NCBI GenBank assembly: GCA_028534125.1
Contig: CM052816.1
Location: 10,604,001 to 10,668,000 of the forward strand
Direction of reading: 5' to 3'
Source: Lama glama
Lineage: Eukaryota
DNA length: 64,000 bases
The notes below the pieces were generated by a model that had not been told where the DNA came from, made no database searches, and saw nothing but the letters and a program-made list of their open reading frames with translations. Positions 50,190 to 63,000 of the stretch are shown in pieces; position 1 is the first letter of the stretch, and each line of letters opens with the position of its first letter. The translations under genes were made by a program, and so were the position numbers.

Positions 50190-50790
50190 AAAACTGAATA
50201 TACAAGAAGTGCAAACAGAAATACAAGCAAAGGACATGAAAATGCAATTCATAAAAGAACAAATGCCTAATAATCACGTGGAAGGGTGTTCAAGCTTACT
50301 ACTACTAGTCAAAGAATTAAAATAATGTGATGCTAATTTTCACCTGACAGGTAAGCGAAGGTTAGAACCAATGATAATACTTAAAGCTGTTAAAAATGGA
50401 ATCAAATCGATACTTTTGATGAGACTGTACATTGATACCACCCTTTGGGAGGGCAGTTCGGCAATACTTAAAATATGTAGTAAGTTTTAAACACGCATAC
50501 CATTTGGTTCTGCAATTCTACTTCTTGAATTTTAAGTAAACAATCATAGAAATGTAAGAAGATTTAGCTATGTGCCTTCACACACCCTTCCCTCTCCCTG
50601 AGTTTTTTCTGTTATTATGAATAATCCTACTGTCTATGAAGAGGAGATGGATAAAATTATGGTATAGCCACATAATGGAATACTCCGCTGGCTTTAGAAA
50701 TCACGATGTAAATACATATTCACAGCATATTAAGTTTGAAAAAACACAAATCATACAGCTGGTATTCCTTTAAAAGACAACAATAAAAAT
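50190..50790 (+). mobile_element. Ancient L1ME ORF2 end
   Basis: caaaggacatgaa, ccctttgggagggcagtt, gcaattctacttct, ggataaaattatggtatagccacataatggaatact. Confidence 0.8.
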
Positions 50791-51289
50791 AAAACAAACT
50801 GAGGCAGGGATCCCGTCCATTGGAGTTCCCAATCTAGCATAGCATTGACACCATATAGCACTAGTGTAAACCCCTACTGTCATCACTGGTTTCCCTTTGA
50901 ATCTCCTCCACTAAACTTTTTAGTTTCTTGAAGTCAGAGATCACGTGTCAATCCACTTTGATTCTCCAGTCCCAGAAGCTGCAGGCAGTCAGTAACCACC
51001 TGTCAGTTGCTGAATCATTGAATGGAGAAATGAATGCCAATAGGTTGTGTTAGGTAGGCAGGTTTTGACCATTTACTACAAAATTTGATTTAGTTTCCAA
51101 CGATTATGTTTGAAGGCAAAAATCTTACAGTTACAGTTTCTAAATTCCTAAGGCGCTTTCTCTCTAAACTGAAACATAAACCTAGATAACTCAGTATATT
51201 CTTCTATGTTTGTTAAAACACCTTGAAAATGTTGGATTTCATTGGATTTAGACTTCTTTGTAAGAACAAAATACAAAATAGGGGGCAGT

Positions 51290-51510
51290 TTTAAACAGTG
51301 TGTCATCAGCTGTTTTGAATGATTTGATCCTACCTCTCCAACCACTTACTGAGTGAATGATCTTGAGCATATGGTTGAATTTCTCTGTGCCTTGGTTTTC
51401 TGAGCTCTGAAATGGGGATAATAGAACCCACTGTAGGGGGCTGTTGTATACAGTATACTGAAAGATCTTAGCTCTCAAAAGGTTAGATACTATGGTGATA
51501 GTGATGATCT
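51290..51510 (+). mobile_element. MIR SINE
   Basis: gatcttgagca...tctctgtgccttggtttt...aaatggggataatag. Confidence 0.7.
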
Positions 51511-51659
51511 GGCTTCTTATTTGAAACAAAGGGGATGGGGCATTATTACATGCTGATTAATACTGTGGCCTTTGGAGTCAGACAGCACAAGTCTTTATCC
51601 TGGCTCTGCTGGTTTTTTTTTTTTCTTTAAGGATATTTTTGTTTATTATTGTTAAAGAT

Positions 51660-51960
51660 CAGTTTTATTAGGGTATAACTGACATATAATGAAGTGCACA
51701 TTTCAGTGAGCTTTGGCAAATGTATACATACTCGATTACCCGCCACCATTATCAAGATGTACAACATTCAGTCTTTTCTAGACTTTCTTATATATGCAAT
51801 CATATTGTATATATTCTTTTATGTCTGGCTTTTTATGCTTAGCATAATGTTTTTGAAATTGATTCATATTGTTGCATTTATCAATAGTTCATTCCTGTTT
51901 GTTACTAAGTATTACTCCATTGTATAGATTCCATAGTTGTTTATCGATTGTGAATACCAT
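51660..51960 (-). mobile_element. Ancient L1ME/MC 3' end
   Basis: ttttattagggtataactgacatataat; cttagcataatgtttttgaaattgattcat. Confidence 0.75.
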
Positions 51961-51972
51961 AATTAAAAAAAA

Positions 51973-52482
51973 TTTTTTATTGATGTATAGTCAGTTATAA
52001 TGTGTCAATTTCTGATGCACAGCATAATGTCCCAGTCATGCATATATATACATATATTTGTTTTCATATTCTTTTTCATTTATTGAATATAGTTCCCTGT
52101 GCTGTACAGAAGAAATTTGTTTTTTATCTATTTATATATATATTGGGATTAACATTTACAGATCTCAGACTCCCACATTTATCCCTTCCCACTCCCCTTC
52201 TCCAGTAACCGTAAGATTGTTTTCTGTATCTGAGAGTTTGTTTCTGTTTTGTAGATGAGTTCATTAGTGTCCTCTTTTTCTCTTTTTTTTTCAGATTCCA
52301 CATATGAGTGATATCATATAATATTTTTCTTTCTCTTTCTGACTTACGTCACTTAAAATGACGATCTCCAGGTCCATCCATGTTGCTGCACATGGCATTA
52401 TTTAATTTTTTATGGCTGAGTAGTATTCCATTGTATAAATATACCACAGCCTCTTTATCCAGGCATCTGTTGATGGACATTT
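51973..52482 (-). mobile_element. Young camelid-type L1 3' end
   Basis: ttattgatgtatagtcagtt...gattccacatatgagtgatatc...ccaggtccatccatgttgctgca...ctgttgatggacat. Confidence 0.9.
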
Positions 52483-53008
52483 ATTTTTTTAACAGTTTTT
52501 ATTTTTTTTTAATTTTTTATTGATTTATAATCATTTTACAATGTGTCAAATTCCAGTGTAGAGCACAATTTTTCAGTCATACATGAACAAATATATATTC
52601 ATTGAGACATTTTTTTCTCTGTGAGCTACTGTAAGATCTTGTATATATTTCCCCGTGCTATACAGTATAATCTTGTTTACCTGTTCTACAATTTTGAAAT
52701 CCCGTCTATCCCTTCCCACCCTCTGCCCCCTTGGCAACCACAAGTTTGTATTCTATGTCTATGAGTCTATTTCTGTTTTGTATTTATGCTTGGTTTTTGT
52801 TGTTTTTGGTTTTTGGTTTTTTTTAGATGCCACATATGAGTGATCTCATATGGTATTTTTCTTTCTCTTTCTGGCTTCACTTAGAATGACATTCTCCAGG
52901 TGCATCCATGTTGCTGCAAATGGCGTTATGTTGTCGGTTTTTATGGCTGAATAGCATTCCATTGTATAAATATACCACTTCTTCTTTATCCAGTCATCCG
53001 TTGATGGA
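52483..53008 (-). mobile_element. Second young L1 of a different subfamily, cut by the gap
   Basis: New T-rich tail; distinct 3'UTR (gtcaaattccagtgtagagcac, cttggcaaccacaagtttg). Confidence 0.9.
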
Positions 53009-53508
53009 NNNNNNNNNNNNNNNNNNNNNNNNNNNNNNNNNNNNNNNNNNNNNNNNNNNNNNNNNNNNNNNNNNNNNNNNNNNNNNNNNNNNNNNNNNNN
53101 NNNNNNNNNNNNNNNNNNNNNNNNNNNNNNNNNNNNNNNNNNNNNNNNNNNNNNNNNNNNNNNNNNNNNNNNNNNNNNNNNNNNNNNNNNNNNNNNNNNN
53201 NNNNNNNNNNNNNNNNNNNNNNNNNNNNNNNNNNNNNNNNNNNNNNNNNNNNNNNNNNNNNNNNNNNNNNNNNNNNNNNNNNNNNNNNNNNNNNNNNNNN
53301 NNNNNNNNNNNNNNNNNNNNNNNNNNNNNNNNNNNNNNNNNNNNNNNNNNNNNNNNNNNNNNNNNNNNNNNNNNNNNNNNNNNNNNNNNNNNNNNNNNNN
53401 NNNNNNNNNNNNNNNNNNNNNNNNNNNNNNNNNNNNNNNNNNNNNNNNNNNNNNNNNNNNNNNNNNNNNNNNNNNNNNNNNNNNNNNNNNNNNNNNNNNN
53501 NNNNNNNN
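53009..53508. other. Assembly gap (500 N)
   Basis: Exactly 500 Ns. Confidence 0.99.
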
Positions 53509-54469
53509 TGAAAATCCTGAATATAAAGATTTAGGACAATTGACTGGGCACTTGGCAAGTGATGATTAAATGTTATTTTAAATAGTTATGATAGTGAAGT
53601 CATAAGGATGGCTACAGAAGTAAGATCCTGTAGATCTTTATCGTGCCTTAGATTAAAGATATGTCACACCTGGAAAGTACTCATGTAGGCAGATCAAATA
53701 GGTGATGTTCTCTTCAAAAATGAAATGAAAACATCTCTCTGGGATTAAAGTCTTTGGAATGAACATGAAGACTCAATTCAACAGAGTGAAGACAAGGATA
53801 AGGGCTACAGATGGTGAAAATAGAGGGTTCTCATGGGGAAAGGAAGGTGTGCTCTCTGTAGATGATGTCTGGAGTTTGAAAGGATAAGGCCCTCAGCAGA
53901 TCTGTGGCTAATGGCTGCTTGGTGTCATATCTGAGGCACTCTGAATTGGTTATTTGATTAATGTTTTGGCACTAACATTTGGAGAAAGAAAAATAATAAA
54001 TAAGATATTTGGTGATCATCCCCCAGCTCAATGTCAACTTCTCCAGGGATCTGACCCTTTCCCCCAGCAGTCAACACTACAGGCTGTACCTGCAGTCTTC
54101 CCTCCAGGATTCCTTGGGTTCCTTATCAAGAGACGTTACATCTGTGAGACTGAAAATCAGTGAACAAGGAATATGGTTCTTGTATTTCTCCTTCTCTAGC
54201 CCCACCGCTAGCCCCCTGGTCTTTGCACAAATTAGAAACAGGAACTCTTTCATCAAGATACTTTGTTGCCATATATCAGAAAATTATTGCAATAAGCACA
54301 CAAAATTGTAATGACCAGAATGTGATTGGTGTCCCCAAGGTTGAGCAGCATAAAAGCTACAGAAAGCTGTGTGCTAGCTGCTTCTACCTTCTCCCATTGC
54401 CCCCAACCTTATCTTCCACTGTCGTAACTCAGAAGCTGTGTTTGATTATATACCATCAGTAGCACCTGC

Positions 54470-54900
54470 TGAATTTGTGCTTCTCTCTCAAGACTCAGCT
54501 TAAACACACTCTTTGAGGAAGCTGTCCCTCATAGCCTTCCCAACTCTGCACAAAGTGAAGTTCTTAGTCTGCCTCTCCTCACGGCTCACGTGGTGCATGG
54601 TGCACGCTCCTGCTGTTGCATTTATCATCCTGCATTGCACTTACTGTTTACATGACTGGCTCCCATTCCAAACTGTGAGCTTCTAGAACAAGGACCCCTG
54701 AGATGCTCATGGAAATGCAGGTTCTCGAGCCTGACGCCTCATCTCGTTAGTCAGAATTCCTGGACACGGGATCTAGAAAGCTGCAATTCTGAATAAAACT
54801 TACCTGGGGCAGCTTATATCCTGTCAATTTCAAAACTCACTTCTCTAGACAGCAAGGCACATATTCGCTACAGACAATGAGATACCAGGCATTATGCTCC
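54470..54900 (+). mobile_element. L2 3' fragment with MER5-like insert (~54690-54842)
   Basis: aagactcagcttaaa, aactgtgagcttctaga; insert gaaatgcaggttctc...tcagaattcctgg. Confidence 0.65.
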
Positions 54901-55040
54901 ACTTAGAGAAAGCAGTGGCTGTTCACAACTTCCCAGTAAGAAATGTTTTTGAGTCCTAAATGTATTAGAAACTCTCGGATATATACATACGCATCTATAT
55001 TGTTTTCTGGAAATAGGTTAACTCTCACGTCTATGAACTG

Positions 55041-55090
<50 letters not shown>
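55041..55090. repeat. Compound microsatellite (GT)11(GA)14
   Basis: Directly visible perfect repeat. Confidence 0.95.
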
Positions 55091-55093
<3 letters not shown>

Positions 55094-55959
55094 GCATTGG
55101 GGATTGGGGGAGTTAATGAGAGGGATGGAGAGCAGTCTGAGTTTGAAGTGGTTATTAAAAAATAAGCATGATGACCATATCCTGGGTTGTTTTAAAAGCT
55201 GACTGATTGAGTTGGACATATTTTTCTTTCCAAGATCAAAAGACTAATCTTTGGTCAAATAAAGGTTGATAAAATCATGAGTATGCTCTTTGGGGAGTGA
55301 CCAGGCAATTAGTTTTCTGCGATGACAGCTCCACATAGTTGTGGATCAGATAGGAAAATGAAGAGATGAAGTGCCAGTCAGGAATTCAGGCAGACGTTCT
55401 CCATGCATGTGATGAGCGTGTATAGGAGGTGAGATTTTGCAAGGACCTTACAGGAACAAGTATCAAAAGTTTGAACAACAAATACATGGAACTTCAATGC
55501 CAGAGATTTGGCTTTATTTGAGTTAATTAAATCTTTTGTAAATCCCAAAGAAGACATGTCATTTGCCTTTGTTCTGAGTTCTAATGACTTTGTCAGTGTC
55601 TCTTTAGAAGCCATTTTCCAGGACTTCCTAGGATGACTACTGTCAATGATAACCTGTCACAAAACCAGATTCAGGGACAGAATCCATAACCTATTTCAGG
55701 TAGAAGTAAATCAGGGCACCTGTACTCTGAGAGCAAGCTCCTTTGTTTCCATTCTTCTTGTGTTGAGTTTTGAAAAAGATTATTTCTCTCAAGAATTACT
55801 TATGCATTCATTGAAGAACTTTATTTCTGCAGGTCTAACATTGCCAGGGGAGGGAGATACAAGATACTTAAGGTGCTTACAGTTTATCTGAGGACACAGG
55901 AACTCACGCCTTTATTAGAGAACAATTTAACACCTTATGTAACTGAGTGCTGTGCTCTG

Positions 55960-56250
55960 CTGACTTGCTACTCAAACTGTGGTCCGAGGACCAGCAGTAT
56001 CGACATTACCTGGTACTTGTCAGGGATGCAGACACTCAGGCCCAAACCTACTGAATCAGTATGTGCTCTTTAACAAGATTCCTAGATGATTTATATGCAA
56101 TTAAAGACTTACCAGTGGATTCTTGAACCAGCAGCAAGATGGATGTGTAAGAATCACCTGGGGGCTTTTAATTATCCTATTCCTGGGCTCCAACCTTAGT
56201 AGATTATATTTAAGCATGATGAGTAAGGGTGTGAGCTCTTGGTGAAGCCT
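55960..56250. mobile_element. MER5A1-like element followed by a second MER5-like element (from 56113)
   Basis: tgctactcaaactgtggtccgaggaccagcag, acctactgaatcag; cagtgg...agaatcacctgggggcttt. Confidence 0.75.
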
Positions 56251-57199
56251 GCTTAGGATTAAAGTGTGCATTTGCCTCTCACTAGACGTGTTAACAGCCA
56301 GAGGATTCAACCTGACTGGGTCTGTTACCTCTTCAACAAAAGATGGAAACGATACCTATTTGACAGGACTATTGGGAGGAAAAGATATTTATCATGGTTC
56401 TTGGTATTTAGTAAGCAAGTGAAGAAAGGCTGGCTGTTTTTTAGTCTGAGGGTCTGTGAAGTTTGGGAACCACTACCTTGTGGCAATGTACTTGGTTTAT
56501 TTTACTGTTTGTGTAATAGGTCTCCTTGGGTCAGAGCTGAGTGATGGAAACACTGAGTATCTCCATCACCACGACACCCTCAACACGTGTACACATGTAT
56601 GCACTTGGTGAGCATGTTTCTCTGTAGATCTGAACTCTATTTTCCAGTTAGTTTCTAGAGGTCCAGTAGATCTTCTCTGTTAAAAACTGGCGCAGTCGTC
56701 TTATCAACCTTGACTATTCTACATCAGCAGGGAAATATTTTTGCTAAAGTGTCCTTAAACACTTGGGGGTCCTGGAGAATTGATACCAGGAAAATATCTT
56801 CCAGAAAGAGTGAGGTATTCAGAGTGGGGAATGAAATTGTCCACATTGAGCTCCCCAAGTTGAAAAAAATTTTTCTGTTGGTAAAACCGAACTGTGTTAT
56901 CTTCTCACCTTCAGGACACACTAATGCAACATGGTATTTATAAGGAAAAGAAAACTGAGTGCACACACACACCCCATCAGTCTCAGAGATACCAATTAGT
57001 GGAGCAATCAGACCCCAAATTAGAAATACTAGAGATCTCCACTCTTCCTTAGCTCCTGACCAAACTAGACACTGTTGAGCAGAGCTTCTGCAGTTCTCTG
57101 GTAGCACACCTCTATCTCCTGACCTTGCAAATCTTGTTAAAATATCCACGTTTGTTTTTAGTTGTGTAGATTCTTACATAGGAGTTTGTCATTGGACAC

Positions 57200-57360
57200 A
57201 CCCTCAGTAACTGTTGTCATTTAAACCTATTTTTAAGAGTTAAATTGGAATAATAACTACTTCATAGGATTGTTGTGAAATTAATAAAGACAGTGCTTAC
57301 TGAAGGGCTCAGTGCAACGTTTAACACAGACTCAGACCCATAAAGGGTGACCATTATACC
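57200..57360 (+). mobile_element. MIR fragment
   Basis: ataataactacttcataggattgttgtgaaatta. Confidence 0.7.
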
Positions 57361-58261
57361 ATATTTACTCCTTACACCATTCCTTTCTGGCAACTCCTCA
57401 TATTCGGTTTTGTATCATTTTACAACATTTTGTTGTTTAAATGACAAGTATTTGACCAGCTCAATTAACACCTCTGAATTCATTTTTGCCTCTCTGCATT
57501 GAAATTATGTTATGCTCCCCCTAAGTTCAAATTAAAATGCTTGTTTCATGGTAATAGGTGGAAACTCAGTTGAGCACCATGCTTGCAGCTGGCTGCTTCC
57601 ACTATTCCCTGGATAACACTATACCCAGAATGCCTTGTTAGCAGTTTTGCAAATGACCTGCAGTGTTGTATTTCAAACCTATTATAAATCACAAATATAA
57701 ATACACCTGTGTAAGTGTATGTGAATGTATTTTTAATGCAAGTGCTCTAGGTCAAGTACATGAAGGATGAAAGACTTTATCAGAAGCCGTATGGCAGATT
57801 TATTCCTAGTCAGTAGTTTTATTCAGATGTGGATCTTTGAGCATTTCTTACTAGATTTTGTAAATTATAACTCAAGGATTAGTTGGAAGGCATGTAACTA
57901 TAGACGAGTTATTTGTTTTTGTCTTGTGAAGCCAGGGCTTCTTAATAATGTTTGTTTTTTATAGATTTCATCTATTAACTTCAAATAGGGGCTTTAAAAA
58001 AAAACTTTGTAGCTATACCCTCAGACTTACTGTGTTTATTGTCCTCCACCCTCTCACTTATCGTCTGCTGGTTACTACTATTCATTTGGTAACATTGCAT
58101 CTGAAGTAGAAAACCATCCAGGTGGGCCATTTTCTAAAGATCGTGACTGACATACCTAACAACGAAGGTTAGTCACTTACTCTCATTCGCTCACACTCTC
58201 CCCCGACCTTGGTTGTCATCCACCACCAGTCTAGACAACAGAGACTGCTTGCAATGTCATA

Positions 58262-58630
58262 CCTTACAGAGTTCTTCAGCCGCAAGCAACAGAAACCAAC
58301 TCTTGCTAGCTTTAGCAAAACAGGAAATTGTTAGCAGAACACGGGCAGTTCAGCAAATGGAAAGTCCAGCTGAGGAAGGGCAGGAATCAGGGCAGCTGGG
58401 GGTCTAGGCATCTTATTGACTGTCTCATCTGCAAGCATCTCAGAGTGTATCAGCCCCAACCTTCGTTTTTCCTGTTCTTGCATTGCTCAGTTCAAGGTCT
58501 AAAGTCTTTAGAGAGAAAACCTAATTATCTTAGCATGGATTACAAGCGAGACATTTTGACTGACAGCCTCCCTCAGACCATAGACAGTGGTGGAGAAGAG
58601 ATACCTCATCAGGATGTTGTTACCAGTCGA
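58262..58630 (-). mobile_element. Old MLT1 (K/L/N-like) MaLR LTR
   Basis: gcaagcaacagaaaccaactcttgctagctttagcaaaa. Confidence 0.6.
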
Positions 58631-59385
58631 ATGAATGAGTGAATGAATGGAGGGAAAACACTTTTTGTGCTGATTACCTGGTTTATAGTCATTAAGTGAT
58701 CATTACAGAAAATGTAGCCACCCAAAAGAAAAATAAAAAATAAAATCAAAAGGCAGTAAAGGAGGGGAGAGTTATTCTCTTCCTCCCGTGGGAAGATAAT
58801 GAAGATCATGATAATAATCTTTTTGGTGTATTCAGGGAGGCAGAGTTTTATCTATGGAACTTTAGAATTAGAAAAGTACTGAAGAGAGTAAATGTCATGA
58901 TTCTCAAACACTGGGGTGAACCAGCTGTATTAATAAGTCACCACAGAGTTTTACAAAAATAGACACTTGAGTCCCACCCTCAAAAATAGTGTAGCATTTA
59001 AATCTGGAGTTTATGTCCAGAAGTAAATTTGAAGGACTGTCATTCTAGTGAGTGGAGACCTCAGATAGAAGGGCCATTCACCTGGGCCTCACAATCATGA
59101 GAAATATCAGAGTTAGATGGTCAACCTTCTCTCTACATGAGGTTGTATACTCTCACAGGACAACAGTGCCAGGATTGAAAAATGACAACAGTCAGGCCCT
59201 TTAATGTTGCATTCATACTGCCTAAATATTTGGGCACTGGGAATTCAGTATTTGTTCTACATCTGTTGACCTGGTGCATGACACACCCACGTAGTATCTC
59301 TTTTTTGCACTAAAAGCATCGATTTGTTAAAAGCAAACTTTTGAAATGTGTCATAACTTTGGTCACCTTGTTTTGACATATCTTT

Positions 59386-59446
59386 TTTTTTTTAATTGAA
59401 GTACCATCAGTTACAATGTGTGAATTTCTGGTGTACAGCCCAGTGA
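59386..59446 (-). mobile_element. 61-nt young L1 3' end
   Basis: Perfect 17-bp TSD tgttttgacatatcttt (59369-59385, 59447-59463). Confidence 0.95.
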
Positions 59447-59589
59447 TGTTTTGACATATCTTTAAGCAAGAAACCTGGCCTCTCTTGGCGTCTGTGAGGC
59501 ACAGGCCTGCCCCCCACCATAGGGGTACACACATCCCTGATGCTGGACCCAGTACTTGGAGTCCTCCTAAGGATAGTGTGGACTACCTA

Positions 59590-59761
59590 CATGGCGATTC
59601 TTCAGCTGCATGTTTATTATCGCCTGTGAGCTTTTAGAAAGTACTGATATTTGGCCTTATCACAGATCAGTTCAATCTGAACTTCGGGAGATGAGCCTCA
59701 AATATCTCTGTTTCTCAACGGCTTTCCAGGTAATTCACTGTGTACCCAACTTGAGACCACT
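59590..59761. mobile_element. MER5B-like element
   Basis: cctgtgagctttt...ttccaggtaattc...ttgagaccact. Confidence 0.6.
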
Positions 59762-59859
59762 AGACTCAAAGTGAAAAATAAATAATTGTCACATACTTTG
59801 GGATCAGGGTGAGGCTCTGTGGTCTTTGACATGGCACCAGGAGAGCTGTTCTCAAAGTA

Positions 59860-60330
59860 CATTTGTCCTGCTCATGTCAAAGGCTAGCAAACTCCTAACC
59901 GTCTGTAAGAACCCAGCACATGCGTCACCTCTGCCGTGCAGACTTCCTTGACCTATCCAGGCAGATATTACCATCCCGCCTTCTATTCCAAAAATCACCC
60001 ATGAAGATCTGTTACAAATGCAGATACATGACCCCAGATTTGGTGTTTCAGAAGTTTCAGGGATAAGGTCTGAGATGTTGTGTTTTTAGCAAACTCCCTA
60101 GATAATTCTTATGTGCAGCTGTTTCAGGAAGCATCACTCATTCCCACAGTAGGTATTCATACTTCTCTTATTACACATTCACCTAATTATAATTATTTAT
60201 TTACCTTTCAGAATTCATCCACTAAGCCACGAGCTCCTTGAAGGCAATGGTGTTGTCTTAATTTTGATTCTTAGGGCCTAGCATAATTTTCTCTCAAAAG
60301 ATGTTTTTGCACCAAATAAATGAACATGAA
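59860..60330 (+). mobile_element. L2 3' end with MER5A insert (~59990-60138)
   Basis: gtcacctctgccgtgcagacttccttgac; gagctccttgaaggca; insert tgtttttagcaaactcccctagataattc. Confidence 0.65.
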
Positions 60331-60544
60331 CAAATCCTCAAAACTGCCAAATATTCTTTAATGTCTCATGATTTCTCACAGGAACATAACAAATTTAAGA
60401 AAATAAAGTTATAAGGATCAAGTTACTTCTTCTTGCCCTTTCTTTTCCACTTAGTATAATCCTTCTTCTCATAGTTGCATTTATATTTTCTGAGTACCTC
60501 TTTTATGCCAGGTAGTATTAGACACTAGAAATATAATAATAATA

Positions 60545-60800
60545 GATAATGTTTATTGAAAATTTATCATGTTCCAGATATATTACTGAACACTTAACAT
60601 AGATTACCTCATTTCATCCCCATAGCAAACTATGATAGGTATTAATCATATCCCTAATTTTACAGATGAGGAAACTGAGGCACAGAGAGAACAGATAATG
60701 TACTTAAGCCACACAGCACAGGAAGGAATGGAGCCAGTGTTTGAGTGCAAGCAGTCTGGGCCCAAAGACAGCGACTGAGCCTAATGTTGCTTCCTGCCTC
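60545..60800 (-). mobile_element. MIR SINE nested in L2 (L2 minus ~60480-61180)
   Basis: attttacagatgaggaaactgaggcacagaga is an exact MIR core. Confidence 0.9.
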
Positions 60801-61187
60801 TGAATGATGTGTAAAGCTCGGTGCCTGACCTTAAGGAGCTCCTAGCTTTGTGGGAGAGATGGACAGTCTCAAAAAAATATTCTAATGAAGTGTTTAAAGT
60901 TTTATAGAGTTAGGGAAAATGTTTGTGAGAATACAGCTCAGGAAGTTTTCAATTTTGCCTTTGAAAGTACTGGGGGAAAAGTATTAAAGACCTCATTGAG
61001 AAGGTGAGTTTGGGTTGAACCATGAAAGGTGATTAGTGGAATTTGGCCAAAGGTGTGGACTCATGAGGGCACATGCTGTATGTGCACTTACGGTGGTTCT
61101 AAAGAAGAAAATGGTAGATGGTGACCTGCAAAAGGGCAGTTGGGGGAGATAAAACAGGAAAGGTGTGCATAGCCATTGACCTCTTGA

Positions 61188-61606
61188 GGACCTGGAGATA
61201 GTCATTCTAAGTAAAGTAAGCCAGAAAGAGAAAGACAAATACCATGTGATATCATTTATATGTGGAATCTAAAAAAAGACAAAGTGAACTTATTTACAAA
61301 AAAGAAACAGAGTCACAGACACAGAAAACAAACTTATGTTACGAGGGGGGAAAAGGGGTGGGGAGGGATATATTGGGAGTTTGAGATTTGCAGATACTAA
61401 CTACTATATATAAAACAGAAAGACAACAAGTTTATATTGTATAGCACAAGGAACTATATTCAATATCTTGTAGTTACTTATAATGAAAAAGAAAAGGAAT
61501 ATATGTACATATATATATATATGACTGAAACATTACGCTGTACACCAGAAATTGACACAACATTGTAAACTGACAATACTTCAATAAAAATGTTTTTAAT
61601 TAAAAA
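61188..61606 (+). mobile_element. Young camelid-type L1 3' end
   Basis: ggacctggagatagtcattctaagtaaagtaagccagaaagagaaag...tacaccagaaattgacacaacattgtaaactgac...aataaaaa. Confidence 0.92.
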
Positions 61607-61611
61607 GTATG

Positions 61612-62125
61612 ATACAAACTGAGTTAAGCAACAAGAGATTGTATTGCCTCATTGAATAGAGTTAGAGGATAGGGATGGCCTTGGGCATAAGGGAATAAAA
61701 CTTCAGACCTGGTGCTAGGCATCTGTTGTCTTTCTCCTGATCTCATCTTGGCTCTGTCTGCTGGCTCCATTCTCTGGCTGCCGCTCAAAGACTCAATCAT
61801 TTCATGCTCGAAGCTCGAAGCTCAGCAGCTGAGAGAGTCCACTTTTCCAACAGTTCCAGAAAACCCACAGAAATCAATTTCATTGACCCTGGTTGACCAG
61901 ATTTGAGTCACATGCTGGTCCCTGCTGTCCTTGACCCAGTCACCAGAGGTGGAATTCACAGACTGGTTTAACCTTAGTGACATGCTTTGCCTGTGGAAGT
62001 CATGAAGAAATCACAGCACACAGGGCCAGAGAATAGAGAAGAGATGTACCCCGAAGCAGAACTGGGTATCATGGTCATGAGAAGAGGGAGTTAAGTGCTG
62101 GGTGGAAATACAACAAATGTCCAGT
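61612..62125 (-). mobile_element. Old MLT1 (J/K-like) MaLR LTR
   Basis: caaactgagttaagcaa, gctggctccattctc, ttgagtcacatgc, gaccagtcac, gtgctgggtgg. Confidence 0.65.
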
Positions 62126-62449
62126 GGAGTGGAAGTTCAGATTTCAAGAGGCCTTGAATGGTGTCTGTAAACCTGCCAAGGCTGTTTTGCATCATATCAT
62201 GGGATGTTTTTCTCACCCTTAAGCAATGAGCTTTGTCGGTCACTGGCCATGCGGAGATCTCTAGTTTGTTCTTTGGGGCTCAAACTGAGTTGAAAAGCAG
62301 GTTTCTGTCTCTCCTTCAGCTGTGAGAATATTCAACACAGAACAAGATCACAGACTGTGCTTTGGATTTCGAGAGAAAGCCCCTCAGGCTCCCTCTGCTG
62401 GGTGTTTGCCAAAGCTGCCCAAACAGACCTCCCCACCCCACAACCCCCT

Positions 62450-63000
62450 ACCCAGCCCCCATTCTATTGGCAGCTGCTTCAGAGGGGAAGTGCTGGAGAT
62501 GGGAATTGTTTAGATGGAAACAATTCTTCTGTAATGGCCCGGCCTTCTCTGGCACGAATTGAGCGTTTACAGTAGTGAAGGCATGTTTTATTTATGTTAT
62601 TTCCTCAAGACCTCTGGTTAACTTCTCCATTTGCAATGCAAATCAGACATAGAAAAGGTTTCATAAATTCTACGAACTGTTCTCCCTACATCCACATTCG
62701 GTGACAAATTGTAATCTCTTGGCCTAGGAGTTACAGTGTGATTTCAGGTAATAAAAATAACCCGTACAGCGCTAGCTCACGCTAATAGACTCACAGTCAT
62801 GTGAGATGCTGACACTAGGCTGCAGACTCGGGGCTCGGAAAAGGCGCACTACTGATGACACTGTCTTTTGAAGGGGCAGCTTTCAATGGGATATCCTAAT
62901 TTACACCCCAGAACTCAGAAAGGAGGAACCGATTACCATGAATTAAAGCATCATGTGGCATGTGAGTTCTTCCTGGTGTTCTGATACACTCTGAGGAAAA
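62450..63000. promoter_or_regulatory. Candidate enhancer
   Basis: Repeat-free; PORE-like palindrome ATTTGCAATGCAAAT 62629-62643; posterior Hox/Cdx-type TCATAAA and GTAATAAAA; motif evidence only. Confidence 0.35.

Noticed and set aside
52908..53558. 208-aa and 190-aa ORFs
   Set aside because: Artefacts of translating through the N gap
56724..57149. 141-aa minus-strand ORF
   Set aside because: Non-ATG start, runs through a (GT)n stretch, no recognisable homology; a BLASTX hit would change this
61603..61620. aagtatgatacaa resembling the 21-mer at 9255 (shared transduction?)
   Set aside because: Short imperfect match that is better explained as the start of the adjacent MLT1 LTR
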